DNA from: Oikopleura dioica
Taxonomy: Eukaryota; Animalia; Chordata
Length of the DNA: 64,000 nucleotides
Reading direction: 5' to 3'
Assembly: GCA_907165135.1 (NCBI GenBank)
Contig: OU015569.1
Coordinates: forward strand, 7,812,001-7,876,000
The notes under the pieces are model-generated. The model was not told the origin of the DNA and ran no database searches. It was given only the letters and a program-made list of their open reading frames with translations. Made by a program: the position numbers and the translations under genes. Positions 24,000 to 38,600 of the stretch are shown here, piece after piece (positions within the stretch are counted from its first letter, which is position 1; every line of letters begins with the position of its first letter).

Positions 24000-24990
24000 A
24001 GCCTCTAGAAGGTAATCTTGAAGAAAATGATTCGGACGTGACTAAAGGACCTTATCAGACCGTCTGATAAGGACAATATTCACTTGCAAACAGGGATAGT
24101 AAACGAGAGTTAATTGTACTGGAATTTATTGAAATATTTTCAACAGTTTGTCAACAGCGGAAATTTTCGCAAATCATTGATTTATGAAAATTCACAGAGA
24201 TTTATGGTAGCCAAACGCAATATACGTTGTTGAAAGTATCTGTCAATGATTTTAATTCCAGGATCAACGTTTTTTTGTCAGAATATTGATTGAAAGAAGC
24301 TTGTATATAGGAGAATACAAAGAGTTCACTACCGTATTTGTTGCTACCTGTTTTTATTGAACTAGTATTGTACATAAATTAGCATATGAATAAGAATATA
24401 AAGGCACGATTTCGCACGTTTGATGTGGCGGTGGGCCCCCTGTTCTGCGAAAACTTTGCCACAGACAAAGAAAAGAAAAAAAAAGGTAAAATATATTGGA
24501 AGAAATAGATTGAGTTGAAATTCAATGTTCAAGAGGATATCGTGAACTTTGGTGGCCGTGTCTTGAATACCTGCTTCGAGGATGATACTTACATGATATC
24601 GGAAATAACATATGAAAGCCTTTTTTTCCGAGTCAATAAAAAAAAAGAACTGAATAAGGCTTGAATAGAAGAATGAGGGGTGAAACAGAGATTATCTTTG
24701 AAAATAGAACAAATCTCCGACTAAGATTAAAACTGAATGTCATGTTCATGAGACTGTATTGTGTAAGTCAAATTTATCATGTACATATTGTATTTTCGGG
24801 AAGCGAAGTTCGGCAAAAGATGGCTTTTAATACATATCTGTGCATTTCTGCAGCCAGAAGTTATTTTAAAATAAAACAGAAATAGATATAAATATTTGAA
24901 AGTGTTGTTTTGAAAAGCGTAGAGAGCACAATGTCCCGGCAGAGAGAATCGGTTAAGAAAAGGGCGAAACCAAGCAGCTCTTGTTTCTTT

Positions 24991-27049
24991 TTATTGCATT
25001 TTACTGATTTCGTATTTCGCATCGACGACATCTTCGTCAGAGTCAAGCATTGTCGGAATAGCAGCGTCTGCCACTGTTTCCGGAATATTTTCGTCGATCC
25101 ACTTCAAATCTTCTTCCTGAGAAAGACAATGTGTTATCAACGTTAATGTATCGGAGGCTTACCATTTTGTCTTCTGGATCTACCGTTTCAGACTTCTTTC
25201 GCTCTCCGCGTCGCTTCACTGTGTCTCTTGCGGGCTGTACTTTCGGTTCTTCCTCTTCGTCACTGTCGACGCCGTCGACAAGTGGAGAATATGCGTATCG
25301 CTTTGAAGATTTAGGAAGGGAGTTTCTACGGTGAATTACCTGATTCATTGCGCTTGGTCTCCAGAGAATCATGATTGAAAACAAAATAATTGAAAAGAGG
25401 ATATGCCAGAAGGCATCTCTCAACCACATGTTGTCCCACGCCTAGATTTTGTAATATTTAGTATATAGTATATTAAAAAACAACCTTGAGACAGCTCTTG
25501 CTTCTATGCTCGTTGATATCCCATAAAATGAAGATCACAGAGGCTAGGGATCAAATCAGAAGCAATAAGTTACTAAAATCACCTACCAAGAACCATGAAG
25601 ATAATAATATTGGCAAAATTTCTGTATAATTTAAGCTTGATGACGTTTCTTCTCAAGCGCAGTGTCTTCATTGTGGAAAGTAGATTTACAAAGATCCACC
25701 AGCAAATAATCGAGTCCAAAATCGCAAGGGGAATCTTATAACGCGTTCGAATTAAGAAGTTAAATTAATAGAAGTACCTCAGTGAATATTAGAGCTCGAT
25801 TGCCCATATCATGGAAGGCGGAATCGACGCGAATGAAGGCTTCGATTGAGGCGAGGATGAAGAAAAGGGCGCCTACTCCGACGATTCTGTGAAGCATCGG
25901 TCCAAGGCGAGGCTTGATTACGCCAAAACCAAGAGAAACAATGATGACGAGCATTCGCGCGGTAGCGCGCTAAGATATTGCATGATTATAAAGAATACAG
26001 CAGGAGTTAATGTACCTTAAAGGCAGAGACGGCTTCAGCGAATTTCTCCGCACCAGCAATAGAGTTGCCAGTTTTGTTGACATTGTCATACTCTGCGAAT
26101 TTGACAGCCTTCTCAATCATGCCGACAAAGATCACACCGCCGATCCAGAATTGGATTCGGAGCAGGTCAGTGTAGTTTAATGACGAGAAGAGCAACCACA
26201 CGAGCGCAAATGAAGTGTAAACAATGCACATGGTCTAGATAAAGCATGAGTTCCTCGATATTCGAGATCACCTTACCAGGTAAAAATTACGGAGGGGGTA
26301 CTCGGCCGCTGAAAGATAACCTTTTGGACCACGGAAGTTAATTTGAAGATCCGCTTTCGAGTCATCGTCGAGAAAAGTGACGCCGATGATGAGCAGGAAC
26401 TTAGAAAAGGTTCGCTTGTGGAATGACTAACCTGGTAAGACTAACCTGTGCATCGCGATCGGTAGTTGTGATTGTGTTGATCTTGGACAGATCACCCAAG
26501 CTATGCGGACTGGGTCGGTAAGAGATCGAGTTTCCTGTATCGTCAATATCGGTTTCGCCTTCTCGCCGCTTGCGAGTTTTGGCGTCTTCCTCCTTTTTCT
26601 CGTTGAATACTTGGTCGATTGGCTGCCAGGGCTCGTCAGATCGGTCAGTAAGGTGATTCTGATTGCAACTGATCGTCTCCTCAAATTTCTGGTAGACCCC
26701 TTTCCCGCCATCTTCTTTTCGCATTCCTGGCTTGCGCAAGTACCAGATACTCACGTCCGACTTCGTCATGTGCATATACTCGTCCAAACAGTCCGTCGAT
26801 CGCATAACCCACTTGACTTCAACCTTGACACGCGATAAAAGACGAGGAACGAATTGATTATAGCCCTACCTTTCCTGCTTCGGCATCTTTGCCTCTGCAG
26901 TTGAGTTTTGCTAGAAGACGGACTTCAGTGTCTTTGTAGAGCAGAGTCGGCACGCGCACTAAAGTCGCCCTGTCGATCGACACATCTTTCTTCCCCTTGT
27001 CTATCGCCACCGACAAGTGGAGCAGACACAGAGCCCACAACGCTCTCAT
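24991..27049 (-). CDS. TMEM87: TMEM87-family (GOLD + 7TM) Golgi membrane protein
   Basis: Signal peptide [15 protein letters not shown], then [41 protein letters not shown] and the C-terminal [12 protein letters not shown]...LDSDED...SKMQ. Confidence 0.9.
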
Positions 27050-28067
27050 CTGAAAAGAACCCTCATTAAACCAAGAGTTTTTAGTTTTTTATCGCGCGTT
27101 AATATTAGACAAATGCGACTAAATTCGAAGCACTCCAACAGCTAATCGAGTGCCAGGCGATAAAAGACTCAAGGCGAACACAAAGGTCAAGAGCTATTGA
27201 AATGATTATTTTGAAAAAGGAACTAATTTCAAACTGGATACTATTGCTTCCCCAAAACTGTTCAATTTTCTCGGCCTTTTTCTCTTCTCTATTATGTTGC
27301 TCGTAAAACGAAGTTACTTCCGCAGCTATTTTCCCGGTCATTATGGAAATTATACTTTAGCTCTCGTCGCACCTATTTTTATGGAAATTGAGGGGAATTA
27401 ATCTCTTTTTCTTTGTTCAAGCAAAAATGAACCAAATGCTGAGTATATTTACAGTTCTTTAAATTGTATTTTAATATCTATTGATAGAAAATTATCGGTA
27501 AAATCAATAAAACTTTAATCATTGCAAAATTTGGCTTGAGAAGAATGCAACTATGATTTTAAAAACAAAAATAAATTTAATATAGATTTTTTCTGTTTGA
27601 GAAATAATTCTCTGATAATTTGAGTTAGGCGGCGTGCTTTGTATTATTTTCGGTGGGGTTTCTGAAATTAGTCACCGGGCGATATTACTCCGCGCGTTCG
27701 GATCCGCAGGCGCTTACTCAACTCAATTCAGAGCTGACTCACAGTGTGCGCCCTAGAATCAAAGAAAGAAGCAACATCGAAATTCTGGGAATCGCCGATA
27801 GAAATGTACATAAAATGAAAACAAATTTTATGAAGATCACTAACTAGAGATAGAAATAACGGTAGTATCATATTTTGACAGAAAATGCGTTTGATCGGCA
27901 TTTTGCTACGAATGAAAAAGGCTTTCTCCTTTTTCTAGATTTCCTTTTTGAAAAAGATAGCGTTGCTGTAAAAAGAGCAGCGTGGATAGCGAGTAGGTTG
28001 GGATTAAACGTCTTTCGAGTCAGACTGCTCGAGTTGTGATTCAAATCTCGTTTCAGAAACCAAGAAA

Positions 28068-29026
28068 ATGAAAGTTGGAATAAACTTGCTCCGCTTTTTC
28101 CTTGTGGCGATCAATACCGTCTTCGTCCTCCTTTCGGGCGGACTTTTCGCCGCCGCCATCTGGTCCGACTTTTCCTATAGAGAATACTTCGAGATCGTCG
28201 ACGTCAAGCCTGTTCTAGAGTTTCTCTTTGCTACTTCGATTGCGATTTTCCTCATTTCCGTAGCTGGCTGGGCAGCTGCATACAAGGCTCACCGAGGTAA
28301 ATCGATATTTGAGCTAAAAACTAGTAAAAAAATAACTAAAGGCTTGTTACGAATTTATTTGGCCCTGTTAATCGTCGTCTTTGCCGCCCAGCTCCTTCTT
28401 TCAATTTTCGCCCTCGGTAATTTACCATTTTTATTATTCGTTTCTTCGCAAATCGATAATTTAGCGTACAAAGTAGAAATCCTGCCATACCTTGAGAGCG
28501 GGATGAAATCCGCCATCTCTGCCTGGTCGCCGCCCATAGAGATGGCCTTTGAGGAAATTCAAACTGATTTCGACTGCTGCGGTGTCGACAACTCCACAGA
28601 CTACAAAGTAAGTTCCCTCTGACAGAAGAAAACTAAACTGTTTGAAAGGATGCGCGAATCTTCCAAAACGAAACTAGGAAAATCATGGAAGAGAAGAACT
28701 TGACGCTCGTTGGCGAGTTTGCGGTTCCTGACTCTTGCTGCGTCGTCAACGAGGAGTTCTGCGGAATTACAAACGCTACCGAAGCGAACATCTTCACTCA
28801 AGGATGCGCTTACACTGTAAGAGATCGTTGTTGTCTTTGCTTCTGCTAATTGTCATTTTAGCTCGAAGACGAAGTCTCCAATCACGTCAATGTCTTCGCC
28901 ATTGTTTTGTCCACAACATGTCTTTTGCAGCTTGCCTCGATTCTCTTCGCAGGCTGCATCATTCATTCCGACCAAGACGACGAAGAACTCGACCCGCTCG
29001 TTTCCAATGAAAACCCCCAAAACTAA
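28068..29026 (+). CDS. Tetraspanin
   Basis: Four hydrophobic segments; the large extracellular loop carries DCCG, PDSCC and the terminal GC. Stop TAA at 29024-29026. Confidence 0.85.
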
Positions 29027-29670
29027 GTCAAGCTCATCAGATCTTTTCTTCTCTATTTCTTCAATCGTCCTCTGTGATTACACTTTATTCTTTAAAGTTC
29101 CCGAGTCCTAAAGATAAACATTTCCAATGCCCCGAATCCGTGTTCTCGTCCTTCGTTGCCTGAATTCATTGAAAAAAAGCTTTACTGGTATAGCATCTTC
29201 GTGTCCATCGATTGAATTCTCCTTTGCCTGTTCAGTACTCCTACCCAATCCTTACTATTCTGTTCCGTTCAACTTTAGTTAACATCAATTTCTTTTTAGT
29301 CAATCGGTAGAACCTAGTGGTGATCGAGTCGGTGTCTTCTACATAAGAGGTAAGATCACTGATAATATTTTTTGAAACACTCACTTGCATGAAGCGAATA
29401 ATTACAGAATGCACGCTCTTAAGCTTCCTTTTAAACTAACTGACTTATTGGAAAATTATTGAAAATCATTCGTGGAGTCTAAAATCACTTAGATATGCAA
29501 TTGCCTATCGAGTATGAAACAGCTGCTTAAATTGGGAAGGGTCCGCCTTGTTCTGAGGCCGTTACGTAATCTGCACAAGAATGAAGCAGGAAAATATGTG
29601 TAAGCGCCTTTTAACTAAATATCAATCAAGTCCCATACTTACCCTAGAATCCCCTTATCCGGTTGATTGA

Positions 29671-29680
29671 TTTTCGCGCC
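29671..29680 (+). promoter_or_regulatory. E2F-like site upstream of topoisomerase II
   Basis: TTTTCGCGCC lies ~145 bp upstream of the TOP2 ATG and matches the TTTSSCGC consensus. A single short motif could be chance. Confidence 0.3.
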
Positions 29681-29823
29681 TCCGATCGGGAGAATGCGCC
29701 AGAGTTCGATTTCTAGAACATGCCAGTTTTGGCTTGATTGCAACCGTGAAATAGCCAACCGTAGTACCGAAAAATCTCGCCAAGCGAAAGTCTTCCCAGT
29801 CTGAAATTGCTCTTTTCAGGCCC

Positions 29824-32800
29824 ATGGGGAAGACAATTGAAGAAACTTACAAGAAGGTCGACAGCCTCGAGCATGTGTTGCTTCGGCCAGACATGTACGT
29901 CGGCTCCGTTGAGAGTTCGAAAGAGAAGATGTGGGTCTTCGATTCAGAAACGACGAAATTCGTTCAAAAAGAAATCGAGTTCATCCCCGCTCTATACAAA
30001 ATTTACGATGAAATCCTTGTCAACGCCGCCGACAACAAAGTTCGCGATCCCAATCAGAACATGATAAAGGTAAATTTGTTTTTTCGACGTGTCGTCCAAG
30101 GTGAACTTTCAGGTTGACATCGACACAGAAAACAACAAAATCTCTGTGCTCAATAATGGAAGGGGTATCCCCATCGAAATCCACAAAGAGCATGGTGTCT
30201 ACGTTCCCGAGCTCATTTTCGGTCATATGATGACTTCGTCCAACTACGATGAGAGCGAAAAGAAAACAACTGGTGGTCGAAATGGTTATGGTGCGAAGCT
30301 CTGTAATATTTTCTCCAAGGAATTCACCGTCGAAACTGCCAACAAAAATCTTGGGAAGCGACTGACTGTTACTTGGACCGGAAACATGAAGAAAAAGGGG
30401 AACGCCGTTATCAAGTCTTTTTCAAAGGATGATTATACGAAGATTACTTTCACGCCAGACTTGGGGCGCTTTGCGATGACCCATCTCTCGAACGACATGG
30501 TGTCTCTCTTTCGTAAGCGTGCCTATGATATTGCTGGAACAACTCCGGGCGTGAGCGTTTTCCTCGACGGTCAGCGCATTGGATTTAACAAGAAAGATCC
30601 GTTCAAGGACTACTGCAACATGTACATCAAAGGGCAGCTCCTGGATACCGGAAAAGAAGTCACGCTTATTTACGAGAAACCAGATAACAAGGAAGCCAAG
30701 GGTCGCTGGGATGTTGGCTTCGCTATTTCGGACACTGGCTTCCAAAATGTCTCCTTCGTTAATTCAATTAACACGAGCAAAGGTGGACAGCACGTCAACG
30801 TCGTCGCCGACCAACTCGTTAAAAAGCTTGAGGAGACGGTCAACAAGAAGAACAAGGGTGGCCTCGCTGTCAAAGCGCATCAAATCAAGTCTCATTGCTG
30901 GATCTTCGTTAATTCACAGATTGAAAACCCTGCATTCGACTCGCAAACGAAAGAAACTCTCACCCTTGTCAAGTCGAAACACGGCTCAAAGCCCATTCTT
31001 TCCGACGCATTCATCAAGAAAGTAGAAAAATCCGGTGTCGTCGAGACAATCACTAATTTCATGAAATTCAAAGAAAACCAGGCGAAAGGCAAGATTGGGG
31101 GAAAGAAGCAGAAAAAGGTCACAATCCTCAAACTAGATGATGCTCCAGAAGCAGGGAAAACTCGTTCAAAGGATTGTACCCTTATCCTTACTGAGGGAGA
31201 CTCCGCCAAGACTGCTGCTTTGGCTGGTGTTAGCTCGATGGCTGATCTCAAAAGATACTACGGTGTCTTCCCGCTGCGTGGTAAACTTCTCAACGCTCGT
31301 GAAGCTGGTCATCAGCAGCTCACGAAAAACGAAGAAATCAAAAACATCATTCAAGCGATGGGCTTTGACTTCAAGAAGAAGTACGACAACAACGACGATT
31401 TGAAGTCGCTTCGATATGGTCGACTCATGATTATGACAGATCAGGATGTTGATGGTTCCCATATTAAGGGCTTGATTATCAACTTTTTGCATCACTTCTG
31501 GCCCAACATGATCAGGGGACCGACTGTGCAACAATTCATCACACCTATTGTTAAAGTGTTTCTGAAGAAAGATGAGAACAAGCCTAACTGCAAGAAGACG
31601 AACTTCTACTCTCTCCCAGAGTTCAACAAATGGCAACGCGAGGTGCCAAATCTTGACGCTTACCGTGTTGAGTACTACAAGGGTTTGGGTACTTCAGGGC
31701 CCGAAGAATTCAAGGAATATTTCCAGGTTTGAGTTTAAACGGAATGGATTTGTTTTAACGCTCCTTATTTAGGATATTCAACGTCATCGCATACCCTTTC
31801 GTTACTCAGGTGCGGTTTGCGACGAGCGCATCAAGATGGCCTTCGCTCGTGATCTCGTAGACGATCGAAAAGAATGGCTTACTGAATACATGGGAGAAGT
31901 TGAGCGACGGTAAGGCTAGTTTTTATGCTTTTACTAAAATCTTATCAGAGTTGAAGCGGGCGAAGACGAACTTACGCTCTACGATCGGGAACAGATCAAC
32001 TATGTCACTTACAAAGACTTTGTCGATAAGGAACTCGTTATCTTCTCGCACGAATCTTGTCTTCGAGCGATTCCATGCGCCGCGGATGGTCTCAAGCCTG
32101 GCCAAAGAAAAGTTCTCTGGACATGCTTTAAACGTAACGACAAGTCGAAAGTAAAAGTGGCTCAACTTTCCGGTGCCGTTTCTGAAATGTCGGCTTACCA
32201 TCACGGCGAAGTGTCACTAATGGAGACGATCATCAAACTAGCGCAAAACTATGTCGGTGCGAACAATGTGAACCTTCTTGAGCCGTTTGGCCAGTTCGGA
32301 TCTCGACGTGTTGGTGGCAAAGATCATGCCGCTGCTCGTTACATTTTCACGAAACTTACGTGAGTACTTTAAGTGCTAAAGTACCAATATATTAATCATA
32401 AACTAGGCCAATCGCTCGAAAGCTCTACCCTGAAAGTGATGATGCTCTTTTCAAGAGAAACTATGACGATAACAAAATGGTAGAACCAACCCACTACTGT
32501 CCAATCGTACCCATGGTACTGGTAAATGGCTCAGCTGGTATTGGAACTGGCTGGTCGACAAACATCCCCAATCATAATATCCGCGATTGCATCAAGAATA
32601 TTCGCCGGATGATCGGCGGCAAAGAACCTCTTGAAATTACGCCTTTTTACGAAGGATTCAGAGGAAAAATCGAAATACTCGCACCTGGCAGGGCTGTCTC
32701 CTTTGGCGAAATCGCGCTTCTCGAATCAGGTCAGATATTTTCTTATGCATGAAGGTGAATTAATCAAAGATTATAGACGTTGTCGAAATCACAGAGTTGC

Positions 32801-34436
32801 CACCTCAAGTTTGGACTGACGACTACAAGCAAAAGCTCATGAAAATGCAAGGAGGCACGGATGACAAAGGCAAGGACTTGCCTAAACTGATCGAAGATTT
32901 CGACAACAACAGCTCTCATGACCGAGTCAAATTCATCGTTACACTTTCTCCAACCCAAATGCGAGAGGCGAGGAAGCAAGGTCTCCACGAGTATTTTGGT
33001 CTTGTCAAACCGATGTGTTTCACAAATACAATGGTTCTTTTCAACCATCTTGGAAAACTGACTGTCTACAATGATACCACGGCTATCGTTAAAGACCACT
33101 TCGAGCTTCGAAAAACATACTACAAGAAGAGACACTCATTCCTTCTGGACAAGATGGAAGCACGAGTGCATTTCATCACCAACCGTGCTCGATTTATTCT
33201 TGAAAATATCGAGAAGAAAATCACAGTGATGAATGTTAAGCGGAAGGCAATCGAAGCTACGCTTAAGGAGCGAGGCTACGCTTCAGATCCAGTCAAGGCT
33301 TGGGAGAAGAAGGTTAAAAGAGAGCAGAATTTGTCTCTCTCAGACGACGAAGACGAAAATCTCGACGAGCAAGATCGTGCTGATGCGAAATCTGATTACC
33401 AGTATCTCTTGAGTATGCCGATCTACAACTTGACTCTTGAGAAGAAAGAGGCTCTTCTTAAAGAAAAGGGTCAAATTGAGCATGACTTCGACGTGCTCAA
33501 AAGAAAACTCCAACTGATCTTTGGGAAGAAGATCTTGTTGACCTTGAGAAATCGCTGGACAAGATCCAGGAGGATTTCAAGAAGATGCAGCAGAGCAGCA
33601 GCTCTGGAAAATCCAAAGGCAAAGGCAAAAAAGATACGAGTATCGAGCCAAGTCAACTTGGAGAATACATCGATCCTCAAATAAGCGAGGCGAGAAAGAA
33701 GACGATTATGCGCTCTGGAGTCAAATCTGAACCCAAGGCGAAAAAAGAACCAAAGGTCAAGGCAGAGCCCAAGGTTAAGGCTGAAAAAATCAAGAAGGAA
33801 GCGAAAGTAAGCACAATCATTTCTTTTCTAATTATTACTTAACTTTCTAGGTCAAAAAAGAGGCTGACGAATCTCCTTCAAAGATCAGGAAAACTGCGAA
33901 AGGAAAGAATCCCTGGGAAACCGACAGCGATGACGACTCGGATGGGGAGGACTTCGATTTCAACGCTGACAAAAGTAGTGACGAAGAAGTCATTGCGAAG
34001 AAACCGAGCAGCCGCGGAAAGAAGCGCGCCCTCAGCTCGGACGTTGAGAGCAAACCAGTCGCCAAAAAACAAGGTAAAAATCAACCCGCGGTTCTCTTGT
34101 GTCTAAAAAAATGAAGGGACGATTATTGACGCTTTCAAAAAGGCGTCGACGAAGCCAAAGAAAGCCGCGAAAGAGTCGAGTCAGTCGACCATCGACGAAA
34201 GCAGCCAGCAGACGACAGCCTCGTCCAATTTCATCGATTCTGATTCCGAAGACGACTTTGTTCCAGCGAAGAAGAAAACTGCCAAAGCTGCCTCCAAAAA
34301 GAAGGCTGCTCTCGAAAGTTCAGACGACGAAGATGCCGACGAGTCCTTCAATTTGGCGGCCAGAAACAAACCCTCCCGCGGACGAGCGACAAAGAAGTAC
34401 AACTTCTCAACAGACGAGGATTCGGACTTGGACTAA
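29824..34436 (+). CDS. TOP2: DNA topoisomerase II (type IIA)
   Basis: LEHVLLRPDMYVGSVE, GGRNGYGAKLCN, LILTEGDSAK, PLRGKLLN, IMTDQDVDGSHIKGL, YYKGLGTS, catalytic AAARYIF and a charged C-terminal tail. One apparent 1-nt deletion at 33504-33507. Confidence 0.97.
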
Positions 34437-34853
34437 GCTCCCCTCACATCCCTGTCGCATGAATTATCGCGTTTTGTTCCAACCAAGAAATAGGATAAAT
34501 TTAATAGTTCATTCCCATCCCGCTATAACACTGCAACATTATTAGCCCTGACAGGAAATAAATCAGATTTTGTAATACATGGCATCTTTGAAATATTCTG
34601 AATAATCTGACAAATTTGAACTTGGCGCGTTTTTTCTGAAGCCGCCCACGCCTTAATTTTTCGCCCCCACAAGCGTGACCTATCGACCACTCATTTCGCG
34701 ATATTTTCCCACCACGAGATTTTTTCGCCAGGTTCTTCGTAAACATACAGTGTAAACGATTATAACTTAGAAGGTAAGCGAAATGGGCAACTAGTAATCT
34801 ATCAATCACTTTTCAAAACTTTCTGTTTATTTTATTCACGTGACTTGAATTGT

Positions 34854-35467
34854 TCATGTGTTAATGTGGAAATCAGGGCGGTTATCATTGAGCACTCTTA
34901 GTGGTTGGCCGTTTTCAGGGAAGACGCTTGTACATCGATACTGTTCCCTTGTGTTCGGATCCGTGTAGATTGCGCTGCAGCGGAAGCGATGATAATCGTA
35001 GATCTTAGAAAAAGATTAATCATTTTCGTTCTCAAGATTTTTTTTTACCTTGGGGACGCCGAGAGGGTAAAATCGAAGCTCTAGTCTCGTAAATTGAAGC
35101 CATCCGTCCTCGTCTGCCCATGGGTTGTACAAGCGATGGTTTCTGAACTCGGCAGACACTTGTCCAGTCGGGCTCACTGCTTGAAAAAGCAGCCGTGGCT
35201 TGTGAACTGCGTATCCGCTTATGCAAGACACTTTGCCCGTGTTTTTTTCAGTCAATTTTCAATATTTTAGGTTTTCATGAGTAAAACACGTTTCTAGCGC
35301 TCCAGCAGAGTTCTCCACATAGGCGTTGTTATCATCAATGTGTGCATCTACAATGCTTTGTCTCTAGAACTTCGATTTTTCTTACCGTGAAACGTAGGCA
35401 TTTTATTCCGGCATCTGGGGTCACGCGAGGCATGGGAAAAAGCAAGGAATGCTGGTAGAAAACGCAT
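34854..35467 (-). CDS. Possible small secreted orphan protein; exon structure uncertain
   Basis: MRFLPAFLAFSHAS is signal-like. Cys/Trp/Tyr-containing segments follow (ORF 35016-35255, then PK|IYDYHRFRCSAIY...HINT stop via a GT-AG intron). The middle splice phases are unresolved. Confidence 0.35.
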
Positions 35468-35660
35468 AGTATTGTTGATTTCAATTTTAGCCCACGGGGA
35501 ATGGTTTTGTCACTTAAATACCTATCAAGTCAGACAAATTAAACAAAGAGTCGACGTTCTGACGCTACTTTTTCCATCGTTACGTCAATTTTGATAGGTT
35601 CAGCAGTTTTTAGGCGACGATAAGCTGTACGTGTTTGATTACTGACTTCCTACTTTCAGA

Positions 35661-38600
35661 ATGTATACGAGTCGATACCGTGGACCGAAACCTTCTGTTG
35701 ATGGTCGAAATCAGCCACCTCGGCCAGCTGCTGTTAGACCGTCCATCTCCGGAATTGCCAGTGCGTACAACCCGGGAACTCCCCGTCGCAATCTGCGATT
35801 CCCTAATCCTCGGTTTCCCAGCCCCTCTACAGGTACATCTGGTTCGTCGAATGCTCCGGTCTTCAACCCGACTGCCTATCGTCAGCCTACCAGTGCTCCT
35901 CGCCCACAACCGCCAGTTCGCAACTATCGTTTTCCAAATCTCAACACTTCAGCTATTCCCCGTCACGAGCCTCAACCTGCCAGTCATTCGCCTGTTGCGG
36001 GCATTCCACGCATAAGACCGTTCCTTCGAGACCGCAGAAACGCTGCTCAACCCGATCCTGTTCCGGATCGTGACGAAAAGTTTGTCGGACCACCACAGTT
36101 CCCGATTGACACTTCGCGTTTCGATATAAACCAGCCCTTTTTTCTTGCATCTGAAGCGTTGCGACAGATGAGCACGTATAACCGAGTTCCTTGGAGATGC
36201 TGTAAGTCATCAACCCTTCGGATTAGTTAATAACATTACATTTAGTGCGTGCAACGAGATTCGTTGGCACTGACAAAAACTTCGAAGAGCTACTAGCCCA
36301 TTTCGGCATCGAAAACCTTTCATCAATCCAGACAAAGCGAATAAGCTTTTGAATTACGCTGAACACGTCTGGGTTAAGAAAGCTCCCGATAACTATTTGA
36401 AAGAAGATATGATTTTCGAAACGCAAGAAAGATTCGATGACTGGATCGGAATCGAAACGTATGGCGAAGCGGAATACTTTCGCAGGAAAGCAAGCATCAA
36501 ACGGCAACAGCGAAATACAGACGCCGAGATCGAAAAACGAGAAGAGCAAAGGCAACGGAAGCTCTTGCGGAAAGAACGGGAAGAGGCGGAAATGAGGCGC
36601 CTGGAAAAAATGCGCGAAGAAGAAAGAATGAAAGAAGAAGAGAGGCGAATGAATCGATTCACGGTGCGTTCCTCTTCATCTGGTTACAATCGGGGAAGCT
36701 CTTATCGGACGCCACCGAGCACACGCAGTAGAACCTCCTCGCAGGTTGCACGTTTGGAAGATCCTCTTCCCAACTGCGGTACTTGGTATTTCAGGCCTGA
36801 CTTTTCCTTGATTGGATCTCCAGTCGAGCGAAATCGATACGGAAGACTGCTACCTATGAAACAGAAGCTGCTGATCACATTAATGTTCAATCCCTTCGGC
36901 ATCCAGATGAGGTATAATTCCATCCTGAGTCTAATAATGATTACATTTGTAGGAACCTTCGAGAATTTTACGATCAATTCTGGAACGAGAATCTCCCATT
37001 GGGCACAACCTCGCCGTCGGAACCAAATGAAAAGCTTCTCAGTTTCCTCCAGACGTACTACCATAGCTATCAGATCGCTCTCTTCGATGCGAAGGATTTA
37101 AGAAACGTTCACGGCGACGATGAGTTTGCTTCCGACAGACTCAAGGTTGGCCTTGAACTTCACCGTCAGATGTGCGTCGAACATATTTCGTGTGATCACG
37201 CGGGATATTCCCACGAAGAATTGATCTCCAAGAAGAAGGAAATCACAGACAAGAACAAAGCCATCCGTGACGTTCTTGTCCTTCTTGATCAGTGCGTTGA
37301 GGTAATTTAAGACAGTGCCGACTGACTTCTAATATATCTCTAGGCTTTCAAGTCAGGCTTCTATGTGGACGACTTAGATCTGATGATGCAGACGATATTT
37401 CGCTGGGACATCGTGAAAACAACTGTTCTTGGACTGGGTATCACATGTGCATCAGTCTGCAAGTCGATTCTGTCACTTAGACGACATGAATCTCACAGCA
37501 CCCACGGAGACATTGTGTCTGTCTTGAGCAATAGAAGACTGGAGGGTCCAGACCGATACTCGGACGAGAATCGACATCCAATGCTCGTTCGATACCTCAG
37601 TTTTTTCGAAGAGATAGACGCCGACAGCATTCACTCGGCTTTTGAAGTCGCAGCGAAAAAAGGGATTGTCATCGTCCCCGAAAATGAGATTGGCGCGATA
37701 TACTTTCGATACACAAAAGGGGTGTTACGTGCGACCACAGCACAAGTGATGCAGTTCATTCGAGAGAATATGTATAACGTCCTTGGTGAGATGGAGTATG
37801 TTTTCCCGACGTCGAACCCCAGCCTTGAGTCGTCCAATGGAGTCTACCTCTTTGAGAACGAAGAGTTTATTCATTTAATCAAGAATAAAAGATATCCGGA
37901 AGTAAAGGACAAAATGAAAGAAGGCCAACGCGTCCATATCGGGACTTTTACGCATTTTGAAAGGAATAAGGTAAGTTTTTAATATTTATAGTATTTTTAT
38001 GAAATCAAGAATCTTGAGGTAATGCTGATCTTGGCTGAAAACTTTGAGCTCCGCGAAAACCTGGATTCCACCATAAGAGAACGAGTTATGAAAGGGGATT
38101 TCAAAGTTTGTGATCGTCGCGAGATCTTGCCCGGGATGCCTGTGATCGCGTGCTTCGAAGAAAAGTATTGGAGTCGCGCAAAAATTCGAGGATGGTCAAA
38201 GAAAATTCCACAGAATGTGGAAGTTTTATTTGTCGATTATGGCCAAGTATTGGATTTGCCCCGCGAGCTCATTTTAGAAATCGAAGATGATGAGATGGCT
38301 GAGCCTCCCTTGGCTTTGTGTTACAATATTGGCCCATATGAAGGATCTTACGACGATAAAGCAGTGACATGGTTGCACAATCTCACGGACGATAGGCCAG
38401 ATCTAATCATCAAAAAAATCAGCGCGCGGGGAAGAGAAGATGTCGTTGATCTTCTGCACTGCGACACTAATTACGACATTACCAAGGTAGGACAAAGATT
38501 ACTTGTCAGTCTACAAACTCACTCTAGATAATGTTGGATTACGCGCGTCAATGTGCCGATCGTCGGGCGTCAAATACAAATCCGCCGGCCGAACTTCCCA

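Noticed and set aside
24000-24990. Possible hidden gene between eIF3K and TMEM87
   Set aside because: Splice-like signals are present, but no consistent reading frame or recognisable protein could be assembled.
33499-33510. Programmed ribosomal frameshift in TOP2
   Set aside because: There is no canonical X XXY YYZ slippery site, and the same pattern at four other homopolymers favours sequencing error.
34620-34735. Cluster of TTTCGC/TTGGCGCG E2F-like motifs downstream of TOP2
   Set aside because: The motifs are short and degenerate and are not placed just upstream of an obvious gene start, so chance cannot be excluded.
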